A DNA stretch of 63,196 nucleotides, filler included, from Octopus bimaculoides (Eukaryota), in the NCBI RefSeq assembly GCF_001194135.2. It is 4 parts of 4 records of this genome, joined end to end, with 100 filler letters (N's around TTAATTAATTAA, not from the genome) between each part and the next. Parts side by side here need not be neighbours in the genome. Positions count along the whole stretch, not along the records: positions 1 to 25,453 come from NC_068982.1; 3 more parts are not named here. One strand, given 5' to 3'. Below, piece by piece: positions 1-13,074 of this stretch. The notes beneath the pieces are model-generated. The model was not told where the DNA came from. It made no database searches and saw only the letters and a program-made list of their open reading frames with translations. Position 1 is the first letter of the stretch, and each line of letters opens with the position of its first letter. The translations under genes and the position numbers were made by a program.

Positions 1-59
1 AGATATAGAAGATTTGTGAAAACTATCAAGGAATGAAATCTGGGTACCCTACTAGATGT

Positions 60-310
60 GTAATTTTATGAATGACAGCTCACAAATGAGCTAAGACAAA
101 AGCTTAATATAAAAGCAATCAGTTGTTATGTGCAAGAAAGAAGAATGCTGATACACTGGAGGATGTTTTATGTATAAAGAAGTGCTGGTTTCATGAAGTG
201 AAAGAAATTTATGGAAGAGGGAAACCTAGGATGACATAAGATGAAGTGATGAAAATTGATCTTTGAAGCTGAACTTCTTGAAGATGACAAAGCACCATAT
301 GTATTGCTGA
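60..310 (+). mobile_element. Decayed RTE-clade LINE, 3' end of ORF
   Basis: Reads ELRQKLNIKAISCYVQERR from 88 and GRGKPRMT*DEVMKIDL from 213, matching the RTE C-terminal RGRGRPRxTWxEVVxxDL motif; interrupted by stops. Confidence 0.6.
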
Positions 311-404
311 TGAAGATCCATTCACTGGTGCAAGTGTTGCAAAATGTTAAAATAATAAATGTTGATGGAAGTTGTGATGTGTAATATATCAGCATTGGAT
401 CTTG

Positions 405-657
405 GTGAATGTGCATGACCTAGTAGGTAGAGCATTGATTGTATTGATAATATTATGGTTTCAATTCCTGAACTGAGCAGTGTGTTGTGTTCTTGAGCAA
501 AAGACTTCGTTTCAAATTGCTCCAGTCCACTCAGCTGTAAATGAGTAACCCTGCAGCAGACTGGTATGCTATTTAGAGGGAATGTTGTGATATTGGTCTC
601 TTATATGCCATGCCATGGAAACCAGGTAAACCAGTGCTTTGAGTCCTAGGACTCAAA
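405..657 (+). mobile_element. tRNA-headed SINE (head B + central core + tail W), decayed
   Basis: Core TTGTGTTCTTGAGCAAAAGACTT...TTGCTCCAGTCCACTCAGCTG is shared with other copies; tail resembles the 15183-15420 copy. Confidence 0.65.
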
Positions 658-764
658 ACAATAATGTCCTGGGGTTGATGATGATAATGATTGGATCTCT
701 TGTTCTTTATATTCCAGTTAAGTCACCTGCATATTGTGCTCTTCATTATTCTTTCATCTGTTAT

Positions 765-803
<39 letters not shown>

Positions 804-1134
804 CTATCTAGTTCACAGTACCATGGCACCAAGAGATGGCATTTAGCCTGTCCATATTCAGTCTTCCTCACCATCACCCTTTATCATGACCAGATCTATA
901 CATATTCAGTAAACTCTTCTGTCACACTTCTCTACTGCTAGCCACCACTTTCTCCCATGTCAGTCTTCGTTGACATCTATCACTTTCACCATTACCTACA
1001 CCAATTGCTGTTTATTACCTGCTCTCTTTTACCATCACCCATCACTATACTATTATATCACCTCATGCTGCACAGTTGTTTCCCTATTCAAGTTCTTTAC
1101 CAACAGTTTCCACAAATTATGCAATCACATGTCC

Positions 1135-1287
1135 TTTCAGTTTCCGTCTACCAAATCCACTCACAAGGCTTTCGTCAACCCAAGGCTATAGTAGAAGACA
1201 CTTGCCCAAAGTGCCACGCAGTGGGACTGAACCCGGAACCATGTGGTTGGTAAACCAACTACTTACCACACACCCACTCCTGCACCT
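1135..1287 (-). mobile_element. tRNA-headed SINE family D, 5' half
   Basis: Reverse complement GGTGCAGGAGTGGGTGTGTGGTAAG...GGTTCAGTCCCAC (A/B-box-like) ...GTGAGTGGATTTGGTAGACGGAAACTGAA; near-identical copies at 26641 and 42152. Confidence 0.8.
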
Positions 1288-1369
1288 TATATGTGTGTGT
1301 GTGTGTAATAGAGAGAGAGAGAGAAACTAAAGTTCTTCCACATAGCCTTTCATGACTATCTTCTCTTTT

Positions 1370-1600
1370 GCCTACAACACACTATACACACCACCATCAC
1401 TATCACTGCCATTACTATTACTACCACTACTACAACCAACGCTACCTCCATCACCAACTCTACCATCAACACCACCACCATCATCACCACCATCCTTACC
1501 ATCATCACCACCACCAACACTATTACTACCACCGCCATTACTATTACTATCTCTATCACCACTTCCCTCACCATCACAATCACCGCTACCATGTGTTCAT
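1370..1600. repeat. Degenerate (CAC/TAC/CAT)n trinucleotide tract
   Basis: Directly visible; explains the His/Pro/Val-rich ORFs at 1352-1718. Confidence 0.9.
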
Positions 1601-1959
1601 TTAGTTTCACACCAGGTGAAAGAGAAGAGAGAGAATTCTGCCGACTGGGCATGCAACCACTAGATCTGAAATTATGTTGAGGAAGCTGCTGGCATGCAGA
1701 TGTCAGCTGAGACTCCATGTGAAATTAATGGAAAGAATGGAAAGGTATGTGGAAGTAGTGAAAATGTGGATGTCACAGCTTGATAATGAATGTGAAAATA
1801 TGTGGAACAAACACTGAGTGCACTGATGATAAAGTGACAAGTTAAGGTAGAATGACTAAATGTTTGAGTGGATGGATGGATCACTAGAAAGGTAGACTGG
1901 CAGACAGACAGACAGATAGATGGATTAGTAGGTAGGCAGGCAGATAGATAGATAGATAA

Positions 1960-1990
<31 letters not shown>

Positions 1991-2121
1991 AATAGGCACT
2001 TAGAGACATACATATCTAGGTATAATGGCATTCAATAATAAAAGACAGATGCGAATAAGTGTGTAAGTTGTATACAAAAAAGTGTGTGTACATGTTTGGA
2101 AACAAATTAGTAAACGTGGGT

Positions 2122-2533
2122 GGAGGCGCAATGGCCCAGTGGTTAGGGCAGCAGATTCGTGGTCATAGGATCGCGGTTTNNNNNNNNNNTGGCCCAGTGG
2201 TTAGGGCAGCAGATTCGTGGTCATAGGATCGCGGTTTCGATTCCCAGACCGGGCGTTGTGAGTGTTTATTGAGCGAAAACACCTAAGGCTCCATGAGGCT
2301 CCGGCAGGGGATGGTGGCGAAACCCTGCTATACTTTTCCACCACAACTTTCTCTCACTCTTTCTTCCCGTTTCTGTTGAATATCCCGTGTCATGCTGAAT
2401 ATCCCCGAGAACTACATTAAGAGTACACATGTCTGTGGAGTTCTCAGCCACTTGCACGCTAATTTCACGAGCAGGCTGTTCCGTTGATCGGATCAACTGG
2501 AACCCTTGACGTCGTAAGCGACGGAGTGCCAAC
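2122..2533 (+). mobile_element. Full-length young tRNA-headed SINE family A with target-site duplication
   Basis: Head GGAGGCGCAATGGCCCAGTGGTTAGG...GGTTTCGATTCCC; flanked by AGTAAACGTGGGT (2109-2121) and AGTAAACGTGGAT (2534-2546); CpGs retained. 2132-2179 is duplicated at 2190-2237 across a 10-N gap. Confidence 0.85.
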
Positions 2534-3049
2534 AGTAAACGTGGATGTTTCTATGAGTTAACATGTTCATAACTATACATACTTTTTTTGTTTTCGCATT
2601 TTGATATGTGTTTTATTAATTAGTCAGCAGAGACACGCTTTATTTACAAAGAAATTTTGCTGCTATTTCTAACAGGTCAAGTGGGTTTGATTGGTGCTGG
2701 ATTTGACTTTGCATTCCAGTCATTTGAAATCATAATAAAATAAATACTTGTAGAGTAATGTATTTTGCTCCAAAATTTGTGGACTCTTGACTTTGTATGA
2801 AACCATAATTAGTTTGCAGCATGGAAGCCGTTTAAAAAAACACACAAAAACCGTTAGATTCACTTCAACATTTAAATTTAATTTGTGTCAAAATATTTTT
2901 GACACTTTGAAACCACGACCTGATCACTGACAAAATTTCAATTAATTTTCTACAAAGGAATATGCAAAGATAATCCCCATCGTCATCATCATCATCACCA
3001 CCACCACCACCACCATCAATGTCATCATCATCATCGTCATTATCATCAT

Positions 3050-3260
3050 CATTCTCATCATAGCATGGGTTAGAATTTGTTGAGGCAGACTTTCTACAGC
3101 TGGATGCTCTTCCTGTTGCCAACCCTCTCTCGTTTCTAAACAAAATATTACTTCCTCATGGCAGCACATATTTTCGCAAGAAGATTGGAAACAAATAATA
3201 CTGCTTGCATGATGTTTGACACTTATTTTCAACTGTCACATGATGTCAAAACAAGGAGGT
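3050..3260 (-). mobile_element. RTE-associated 3'-tail repeat with (GAT)n tail
   Basis: Reverse complement contains GGAAGAGCATCCAGCTGTAGAAA...CATGCTATGATG, the same tail module as 4278-4503. Confidence 0.55.
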
Positions 3261-3320
3261 ACAAACACACACACACATATATATATACATACATACATGT
3301 ATATACATATACATATATCT

Positions 3321-3620
3321 GTGAAGTTGCATGGCTTAGTGGCTCGAGTGACACACTCCCAATCACTAGATTGTAGTTTTGATTTTCAGACTAGGTAGCG
3401 CATTGTGCTCTTGAGCAAAACACTTCATTTCACATTGTTCTGTGATCACTTCAACAGCTGTCATGTGGCATACCATACTCTTGTACAGGCAATGTTGATT
3501 CGATGGTGAGAGCCAGCTAATGCATAGCACAAGCAATTTGATCACTGTAAACAAATCATCTCTGCAGGTTATTCAACAAGAAATTCTGGAGCCCTCATCT
3601 GTCATCTGCAACAGAAGAGT
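3321..3620 (+). mobile_element. tRNA-headed SINE (head B + core + tail Z)
   Basis: GTGAAGTTGCATGGCTTAGTGG head and TGTGCTCTTGAGCAAAACACTTCATTTCACATTG core, followed by a tail unlike the other head-B copies. Confidence 0.65.
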
Positions 3621-3889
3621 CAATCACACACACACACACAAGTGCATATATGTTAGTAACAATCCTTTCTACTATAGGCACAAGGCCTATTTTCTTGTTT
3701 ACATTGACCCCCAGCATTTGATTGGTACTTTATTTTATTGACCCCATAAGGATGGAAAGCAAAGTCAACTTCAGCAGCATTTGAACCCGGAACATAAAAC
3801 TGGAAGAAATGCCACTAAGTATCTATCCTGGCACATAACAATTCTGCCAACTCATGGCCCTTATATATATTAGTAATGATGGTATATAT

Positions 3890-4230
3890 ATCATCATCAT
3901 CATTGTTTAATGTCTTCTTTCCATGCTGGCATGGGTTGGATGATTTGACAGGAGCTGGCCAGGCAGGAGCCTGCGCCATGATTCTGAGTGTGTTTTGGCA
4001 GGGTTGTGGCACCTTCACTGGCAGAGTCACCAAGTGACTTCGCAAGACAAAGAGTCTTTGAGAAGGGAGGGGGGCATTGGAGGAGGTGATCTTGTATCAG
4101 ATGATGAAAGATTAGAGTGTGACAGAGAGGCAGAAACAGATGTCTTGCTGTAGAGGAGGTCCATGGTTACTAGGCCAGAGAGAAGGAGGGAGAGAGGAAG
4201 AGACAGAGAGAGAGAGTGAAAAAGAGTGAG
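3890..4230 (-). mobile_element. RTE-associated 3'-tail repeat (longer subfamily)
   Basis: Reverse complement ends TCAAATCATCCAACCCATGCCAGCATGGAAAGAAGACATTAAACAATGATGATG, matching the end of 4278-4503. Confidence 0.6.
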
Positions 4231-4277
4231 AGTTAACAAAAATGAGGACAGATATATATATATATATATATATATAT

Positions 4278-4503
4278 ACCATTTCGAGCGTGTCCATTGT
4301 CAGTACCTCCTGACTGGCCTTCGTGCCAGTGGCACGTAAAAGCACCCACTACGCTCTGAGTGGTTGGCATTAGGAAGGGCATCCAGCTGTAGAAACTCTG
4401 CCAAATCAGATTGGAGCCTGGTGTAGCCATCTGGTTCACCAGTCCTCAGTCAAATCATCCAACCCATGCTAGCATGGAAAGCGGACGTTAAACGATGATG
4501 ATG
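4278..4503 (+). mobile_element. RTE LINE 3' UTR / RTE-tailed repeat with (GAT)n tail
   Basis: GGCATTAGGAAGGGCATCCAGCTGTAGAAAC...CCAACCCATGCTAGCATGGAAAGCGGACGTTAAACGATGATGATGAT; module recurs at 15900, 18020 and 20385. Confidence 0.7.
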
Positions 4504-6522
4504 ATATATACACACATACATACATATATTTATATATACACATACATGCATATGTACATATATATGTGTGTGTGTGTATGTATGTATGTATATCTACATA
4601 GTAATGTTAATTGCCACATCAACATGGCTGTTCAATGTTACTCCATTTTAGCCTCAGGCAGATCTTCCACCAACTGGTTGCTGGTGCAACCTGTACCCTG
4701 TATATATTGCAAGTAAAGGAGTGAACCCCTACCATCCTCTAGCAGATGACAGGATCATGAGACTGAATGGTTTGGGGCTACTTGTGCCTGTCTTCAGTCA
4801 TGAACACCCAACCACTAGAAATAAGAATTTGCTCCAGCTCACAATTTATAGTAAACTAAGTGACCATCACTCACTGATCTTTCAACAAGCAAAGGAGCTA
4901 GTCAGAAAATCTCAATAAGAGATGAAAATAGTAACTATACTAAGAAGTAATGTTTATCGCCACATCTCTATGGCTGTTTGACGTTACTACTGTTTTAACC
5001 CTAGGAAGATCCTCCACTAGCATAATTTTTTAACAATATTCACAATGCATATTAGAATATATTTGGTCCTTAAAGTTAAATGAGGAGAATGATGAGCATG
5101 TTTTTGTCTCATTAGAACTCCTCAGTAAAGCTTATCCTACTTGGCAAGAACTAAGAGTAATCAATGTAGAGAAGAAGTCTGTGACAGATATAACTCAATC
5201 TCTGCTAATAACATTTTTATAAATAAATAATGTATAAATCATATGGAAATATATGGCATTTCAAAGAATTGATATATGAATGTGTGATCTGATTGAAACA
5301 TTCCCCAATAAATGAGCAAAGGCAGTCAGTGATTGATGTAGCATGCCAAAGCAGTTGGTAATATCTCACTTCAATAAATAGCATAAAAAATTGGGTGGAT
5401 AAGAGTTGCACAAAGTATTTATATGATACTCTATTATAATCTAGAATCTAGAGACAACGCTTGCAAGTTGTGTCTTATCTCAGTTATAAAACGACCTTCT
5501 GTGTTATGAATTGCATTTAATGTTTACAATATGCAGGTATGCTTTGAAAGTATTTAGCCTCACAGCAAAAGGCTAATATTATTCTGTTGAGATTGACTTG
5601 TCCTTTCATTCTTTCAAGATTGATAAAATATGTACTGTTGAGCACTGGGAGCAATGTCATTGACTAGTCACTGCCTTTAAAATTGCTGGTCTCATACCAA
5701 AACTAGAACGAATTATTTGTAAGGAGAGAAGTTAAACCCTATCCAAATTAAGTAATCAAATCAAAGATGACTTTAACAACTCTGTTATCTTGATCTCAAG
5801 GGTTAGCCCCATTTTACTTCAGGACTGAAGAATATGCAAATATAATAGCCATCATACATCATAAACATTTTGGCTGCAATTTGTTATTGTTTTTGAGTTA
5901 TTATCATTTTTGTTGTCATTGTTATTGTTGCTGGTGACTATTATAGGTACCATTTTGAGATGTATAATAGGAAATTGGCTTTGGGAGGAAAAAGGGAGTG
6001 AATCCTGATGAGATGTTAAATGATAAACGAAAACAAGACAAAGCAATCCCCATCCCAAGCTGCCAAAAAGTTCCTTGTGGGCCTAATCTCAAAGTGATAT
6101 TAAATATGCATGGGGTCAATTAAATAAGTACCAGTTGAACACTGGAGGTCAATGTCATCGACTTAACCCCTCTCCCAAAGCTGCTGGTCTTGTGCCAAAA
6201 TTTGAATGTATGGCTAGTGGGTCTGCAATTCACCCTGCATCATCAAAGAACTGCCTAGAGCTGATCACAGTAGTGAGCATTTTTTAAGACATTTGCCAGG
6301 GAATCATTTGTTGATCTAAGGTTGCAAGGAAGATTCATCAGTAACTTTTCTCTACTGACACTCACTCAAGTAATGAGAGACTGACTCCATCACTTCAGTT
6401 TGTGGTGGTGGAGAGGACTGATTTGATAAACACCTTGTTGTTGGACAAGAGTTGTCTCTTTTAATTCACAAGATTAATGTAATAAATATAGAGGCAAACA
6501 GCATTCAGTTCATTATTGTATA

Positions 6523-7100
6523 CACTGAACCGCAAAAGAAACGCAGTCTTTTCAAATGTCAATTTTATATGGTAAATTCTGAAAATTTATTTCAGGGATG
6601 TAAGTTTAAATATTCCAAGACATGCTGGTTTATGGCTAAGATCCAAATTGCAGGTAACCTTTCACCTTTCCTTGAAACAAGACACCAAAATGCAGCTGCA
6701 TTGAATGCCATGGGTGGCAGTCGCAAACAATTGTCATGAAAACCAAAATGCACATGCATCTTGTGGAAGTTAAGGGTATGTGTTTCTAACATTCATAATT
6801 TGGATACATCAGGTATGACCTGATTGTCAGCAGCACAGAGAGAACAAGCTATTGGTCAATTGCAAGCTGGGCAGTGTGCCCTGGTTGTTGTGAAAGCTTA
6901 CAATGTCCATGTCACCATCTATTATTTTGATACATAACTGCTAATGAAAATTCAGACAGGATGATCACATCTGAAATGCCTTTGAGTGCAAATCTATTTG
7001 ACAAGACTGATCTGGGCCTAGTCAACAACTCTGCAAGATCATATTTAGAAAGAGTGTAGCTGTGAAAACACCATTTCATGATGTTTGTAGTCTTTCAAGG
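6523..7100 (+). mobile_element. Tc1-family DNA transposon remnant (5' TIR + N-terminal HTH of transposase)
   Basis: TA at 6521-6522 followed by CACTGAACCGCAAAAGAAACGCA (Tc1-like terminus). From ATG 6815 it reads MT*LSAAQREQAIGQLQAGQCALVVVKAYNVHVTIY, resembling the Tc1 MPRLSxxQRExAIGxLxAG start; the TGA is a probable CGA deamination. No 3' TIR found. Confidence 0.7.
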
Positions 7101-7619
7101 AATCTAATATTTAGAAGCTTCTTGCATCATTTTCAACACTGAGGTTATTAAGAAAGTGACCTACAGAATTATTTATAACAAAACTAATGAGGGTTCTTTA
7201 GAATAATAGATAACAGAAGCAAGAATTCTGCCAGACAATGGTAATTGTTATGTCATTGTTATCATTCAACAAACTGGTTTTGTTAACTCCTTAACATCTT
7301 TTTGGGAGGAGTCCCATTATTAGCATGGAATAAATCCTAAATACCACCTGCATTGACTTCTTCAAATGTTACTTTCCATACTATTTGTACAAAGTTATTA
7401 CAGACTGAGACCATTTCATCCCCTATCTTTTGACCTTTTCTAACTACATCTGGTTGCAATTTTTTCTAAATTGCAATGAAGCATATATGTTTAACAAGCA
7501 TCTTTTATATTTTTTATTGCATGCATATTACAATAATTATTCTAAAATTCTTTGACAGACTGATGTATCATCATCATTATCATCACCATCCTCTGAACAT
7601 TACAGACCTGAGTTCTAAG

Positions 7620-7850
7620 GCTCATAAGACTAGTTACCCAGTTTCCATAGCCTATGAGACCAAGATCACATTTACCCTGAATGGGATGCCAGTTCTTCAT
7701 AGGATCACTCATTTACAACTGAATAAACTGGAGCAACATAAAATGAAGTGTTTTGCTCCAGAATATGATGCACTACCAGGTCCAAGAGTCAAAATTACCA
7801 TCTTGCACTTACGAGTTCAACACACTAACCACTAAGCTTTACACCTTCAC
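7620..7850 (-). mobile_element. Decayed head-B/core SINE
   Basis: ACTGAATAAACTGGAGCAACATAAAATGAAGTGTTTTGCTCCAGAATATGATGCAC is the reverse complement of the core module. Confidence 0.55.
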
Positions 7851-7879
7851 TATAATCAACTGACTTTTAAGATAACATA

Positions 7880-8620
7880 CCTTATTCTTCAAAATCCTGC
7901 TAGGTAATATTCCTTGAAGACATAAATGACTACTGATCCCTAAGCTTTTGTGATGTATTTATGTTTATACAAATGAAAATAATTTCAATAGATTCATACA
8001 TTTGGAAAGGAATCAAAATTTGAAGCTCGGTCAAAAGCAGAAGTGCTTTGGGGTCAAAATGCTTCTTAGAGTAATGTTTGACAGCAAAGCAGAAATGTTC
8101 AACTTTTCAGTAAACAAATCCTGTGTCTCCTAAACTTTTCTGTTAGATTTCCACAGAACAAACAAACTAGATTTATAGATACCGTTCATTGCCCTTGAAA
8201 TATCAGAATGATAAACAAGGAATGACTTAAATTTCAATCTTCCAATAACATTTGCTCCCAATGTCATATCATCTTTTGCTGCTTTATACCCTGGTGACTG
8301 TATTTCCCCCTTTAAGATATAAATTTGAGATGCTAACTGCTTACATTAAAAACTAAATTTAGTGGATATCTACATCTTTCTTTAATACTTTCCAAATGTG
8401 CTTAAAATTCTGATACAGATGGGATGTCAGCATTTGCTGACATTACCCTGTTATCTGAATGCTATAGAGATTAGACTATTTCTTGAACTTTTAAAAGTAC
8501 CCACAAGAAACAGCAAACATTTGAGTAACTTCCTCAACTTCTTGTTTCAAACGTTAAGACAAATTAACTGTCTTTTGATGGCTAATGGCTTTTATAGTGG
8601 CAACAGAGGTCATTATTGTA
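7880..8620 (-). mobile_element. Tigger/pogo (DDE_1, CENP-B-like) transposase pseudogene
   Basis: Minus frame around 8310-8130 reads KGEIQSPGYKAAKDDMTLGANVIGRLKFKSFLVYHSDISRAMNGIYKSSLFVLWKSNRK, matching the Tigger PGFKAxKDRLTLLLGxNAxGDFKLKPxLxYHSENPRA motif; upstream SIQITG..ANAD and LVFNV remnants. Confidence 0.8.
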
Positions 8621-8999
8621 GCAATAGAAAAGACAGACAGAGGAGACTGCATGCCTGTGGGCCAGAAGCTGTGGAATGTGGCTGTTGAGCAACACTAAAA
8701 ATTGTCCACCTAAACAGTATTTGTTTCATTATTTTCCATGATTTTACTACATGTCTATGCCAGATTAGAATCATTATGCTCACTTGTTTTATTTTGTTAG
8801 ATTGACTCCCTCCTCTCTGTTAGGAAGCACAAGCACTTCCACACACATGTACACACAAAATGGGAACTTCCACCCACCAAATTCAATCACAAGGCTTTGG
8901 TTGGCATTTAAAAAAATTTTATTTGCTGAGTTTAGAACAAGATATTGTCCCCCAGAGCCTTTACATCAATCTCATGAGTCTCATAGAGCCTTTGCAGGT

Positions 9000-9560
9000 C
9001 TTTTAGGATGCTGAGACTAATGCTGTTACTGTTAGATTTAAACTATTACAAGTCAACACCAGCAAGAAATATCTGAGCTGAGAAGAGATTTCAGAGGGTT
9101 CTTGTTCTAGGGAAAAAGGAATGGGTATAGATAGGGTTGTTGGGGTTAGACACAACAAGGGTGATGACAAGTGGAAAGACAAGTGGGTTAGTAGTGCCTG
9201 AGCGAAGAGGTACAAGTTAATCCAGCTTCAAGGAATGTAGGCCATTAAAGTAACAATAGAAGACACAGAGTTGGTGGGGGAGACTGCACACTTGTGGGCC
9301 AGAAGCTAGAGCATGTCCATTAGTGGTTGAATGCCAGTTCATTAAGTGGTCCTCCTCTGGATGTAGTCCAACATGTCTGTATGCATAGCAGCAGTACTGT
9401 CATTGATGTGAGAACAATACTTCATTGTGAGCCTCACTTGAGCTTTGTGGAGTACCAACAGCAGTTACGGGTTAAAATATTTTCTGTCTCTGAAGAGAAG
9501 GGCCAGTCTTAGTTCCAGAGACCTAACATTATGAGTGGTTGTGGGGGCTCTAGTTGAGTG
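9000..9560 (-). mobile_element. Possible decayed Penelope-like element 3' region
   Basis: Fragmentary GIY-YIG-like remnants on the minus strand and a very eroded hammerhead-like stretch near 9086-9118; weak. Confidence 0.3.
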
Positions 9561-12439
9561 CCACTCATGTTTAGAGAGAATGCAATACTGTTTTCTTGAT
9601 ATGAATAGTGATTAAGTATTTTTTCTCCTATTTTTATGTTTTTAAAGTCAACAATGCAAGTCCTAATGATTTCACAAGAACATTTTTCTTTTCTCCTCCT
9701 CTTTCTACTGTTTTACAATCTTTAGTTTGATATCTAATGATACTGCCCTACGTTTACTTGATATGATGAGATAACAAATGTATGAATTAATTTTTTTTAA
9801 TTACTCTATTTTAAGAAATTACTACACAAATAGTATGATGTAGCATGAGCATGCACTCCAAAACACAAAAGCAAACCAAGTGTGACTGATTGCTTTCTTT
9901 TGTGCAATGTAATGGATCCTTATAAGGAGATTCAAATTTTAGCAGGAAATTCAAGAGACAACCATGTAAGGTGAATTTTTTTGTTTTACTGTTTTATTTT
10001 TGCCTATTAAATTGCTTCAATAATAAGCTTCATTATAATGAATTTCTTCCACAGAGATAGGGTAAAATTAAGTATTGGTTTACATGTACTTCTGCATGCA
10101 TGTATGTGTACAAATATATTTATAGCAGAGAATCTTACACATGAATAAACCTGTACATATATGCATGCAAGTCTACTTACATGTGTGTGCATCAGTTACA
10201 CCATTATAATACATGTACATTTATATATAGTAATAGTAAAGTTATACATACATTAATTCAAGCATACATAATGTTTGTATCAAACACAGTTATCCCTGCT
10301 GCTTAGACTTACACTGACTCTTCATAAGTGATGTGTTATCAAAAAGAAAAGAAAATAAAGTTGTTTTGCCTTTGCAAATGCTATTTACAATCACCATAAA
10401 AAAAAAAAAATATGTATGAACTTCTGCCAAATTCTTTAGTTGGTTCCAACCTCTACTCTATAACAATATATGCCAGTTAGTTTGGTCTAAACAGGGAAAA
10501 TCTCTATCAACAATGCTGATAAGAAGAAATAGTGTTCTAGATGATACACTTAAAATATTTCCTATTTCAACTGGTTCAAAAATAAATAATAAATAAAAAG
10601 GGAAAATAAAAACGAAACCATTTCATGTGTTTTTTTTTTTTTTTTTTTTTTTTTTTTCTGAGGGGGTTGGGGTGAGGCGTTTGTTTCAAGTAAATAGCTA
10701 AGATCAGGTGATGTATATCTGATGGAATAATTTGCTTGAAATGATGCTTATCTTTGGCCTGAACCCAGCTAAATATTGGTTTATACCTCTATAGATCATC
10801 AGCAAAAGAATGTAATCACACACCTCTTGCTTCTCTTACAGAAAACAACAAGTGTTGCTGTACTTAGAATGCAATATATTTTAAAGAGGTGACTTACTAC
10901 GAAGAAGGAAAACATTAAATTTTGTAGAATTGGCTTTCATAGATAAAATTAACCAGTGGTTTTGTGAGAGAGAATTTTTGCTGTTTTTTTTGTGGGGTGG
11001 GGATTTGCTATGGAATTATGCCTCTATAGGGAAATCTGTGTCACTATAGCAAAATTTAGGGCTCCAAAGAATTATCCATGTCTCTAAAGAATAATTCTGT
11101 CACTAAAAGAAAATGCTTATCTTTATAAGTAAATCAGCCTTGACTGGTAGATCTGTATTTTTATAAAGAAACTTGGCTCTTTATGATAATGTGTGGTACC
11201 ACAGAAAAACTTATCTCTGTAAGAATTTTAGTGGGTCTGTGTTGTTGTCCCATTAAACAAACCTTTGTTATTCCAACACTGACCATCATGTCCTTTGTTT
11301 AGTTTTGTTTTGCTCAGCTAGTGTTTACCATGACTATGCTATTTAATATCCCTTTTTAATAACCCATCTTAAGACAGTAAGATACAATGCAAAGGAAATT
11401 TTAGGGACAGTGAGGACCTTTTAGTTACAATTAATACACACATGTAAAGACAGAGAGAATATGCATTCAGTTATGCACATACATGTGCAAGTGCATATAC
11501 ACACACATATATATTTATAGATGTACAATGGACTTCTAGTTTTCATCTACCAATATATGATATTGGTTGATGAATTTCACTAATAATGGCTATAATGAAG
11601 GGCACCAACCAACAGCATCCATACAATGGAACCAAACCTAAAACTATGTGGTTTCAAAGTGAGCTTCTTAACCACATCTCCGTGTCTGTGCCAACAAAAT
11701 CATCATCATCATCATCCAGTGTTTTAAATCTGGGTTTTGTCCTCGTTAACGGGGGTGGCTGGATCTACCTCAATGCCATAGCAACTGAGGTAGGCAGGAG
11801 CAGCCCACCCCAACCTTTGGGCTGGCTGACTGGTGCCCACTCTCCTTTGCTATCATGAGGCGTTTTTGGAGCTGGATTTTCTATGGAGAGCATGCCCATG
11901 CTTACCTCCAACCTCAGTTTCTAGACATGAGTGGTCCCAAGACCAAGGCCTATACCACGATTTTTAAGAAATGTGATGGAAAACTAGCTCAGGAAGGCAG
12001 GGACACTACTCCCTGAGACCCCTTTTGGAACCCCCAACCAAAACAAAAAGAATAAAAAAAAAACAAGCTATACTCTATAGATCTTCCCTGTAATCTGACC
12101 TGGACACAACACAACAATGGATATGTGACTGGTAACTCAAGCTGGTTAAATGCATCACTACACACTTTTGGTGGAAAAATCTGGAATTTACCCACTCCCT
12201 TCACAACACCAATCTTTAGAAGACTGCTAAGTGTTATATGTCAACAATGATCTGCATTGGACTAAATACATTTCTAAAATTCTAAAATTGTCAAAAAGGT
12301 TGTGTCTTCACATAACTCAGCCATTCACTGGCTATCTATTTAAAGTTTTTTATGGTTAAACTTACAATTACACCACCAAACTTACAGTTTACATCTCTAG
12401 ACTGGAACCCCATTTTGTCTAGATTATCAATCTACTGGA

Positions 12440-12790
12440 AACTGTCCAGATATGTAGAACCAAGCAAAGTCAGTCACTTACCATACCTTGAATGTGTTGC
12501 TTCCCTGGACATCAACACCTTGAAGTTTCAGCATCTAGCAACAGACTTGGTAGAAGCCTTCAAGATTATCCACCATCTTTCCAACAACTTTGGCCACATT
12601 TTTGGATTTAATATCTCTACCACCTGAGGACTTGCTTATAAAATCAAAACACAGTACAGCATCCATAATCTTTGGAAACACCTTTTCACACTCAGAATAG
12701 TCAAAGCACTTGTCAGCTGTCAGAACACTGCATACTTCCATGCTTCCAACACTACTCCTGATGTACCTTCGTCCTCTTTCCTCTTTGTGG
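12440..12790 (+). mobile_element. CR1/L2-group LINE, 3' end
   Basis: LPYLECVASLDINTLKFQHLATDLVEAFKIIH...T*GLAYK...HLFTLRIVKA matches the CR1-type LxYxERLxxLxLxTLExRRLxxDLxxxYKI...TRGHxYK...FFxxRVV tail. Confidence 0.7.
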
Positions 12791-12954
12791 CTCTAATGTT
12801 TACTTTTGTGTGCTTTTGTGTTTTATTCTGTTTAATACACATGTTCTTTTGGCTTTCATTATTGTCATTCTTTACTTGGATTATTGCTGTTTTTTCTCTC
12901 CGCTTTTACCTTTTTATGACATGTTATAATGCACTGAGCACTGTATTCAATAAG

Positions 12955-12955
12955 C

Positions 12956-13022
<67 letters not shown>

Positions 13023-13070
13023 TACTATTACTATTACTATTACTATTATTATTATTATTATTATTGTTAT
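12955..13070. repeat. (TTA)n microsatellite, tail of the adjacent minus-strand element
   Basis: Directly visible. Confidence 0.95.
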
Positions 13071-13074
13071 TATC

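Noticed and set aside
6592-6792. Protein-looking minus-strand ORF (HFGFHDNCLRLPPMAFNAAAFWCLV...)
   Set aside because: It lies between the Tc1 5' terminus and the plus-strand transposase start, so it is most simply antisense to transposon DNA.
9086-9118. Fourth, minus-strand hammerhead-like trace (CCCTAGAACAAGAACCCTCTGAAATCTC)
   Set aside because: The CUGANGA box is too eroded to support a call.
9912-9965. ATG-started mini exon MDPYKEIQILAGNSRDNH ending CAT|GTAAGG
   Set aside because: Short, no recognisable homology and no partner exon found; expected by chance.
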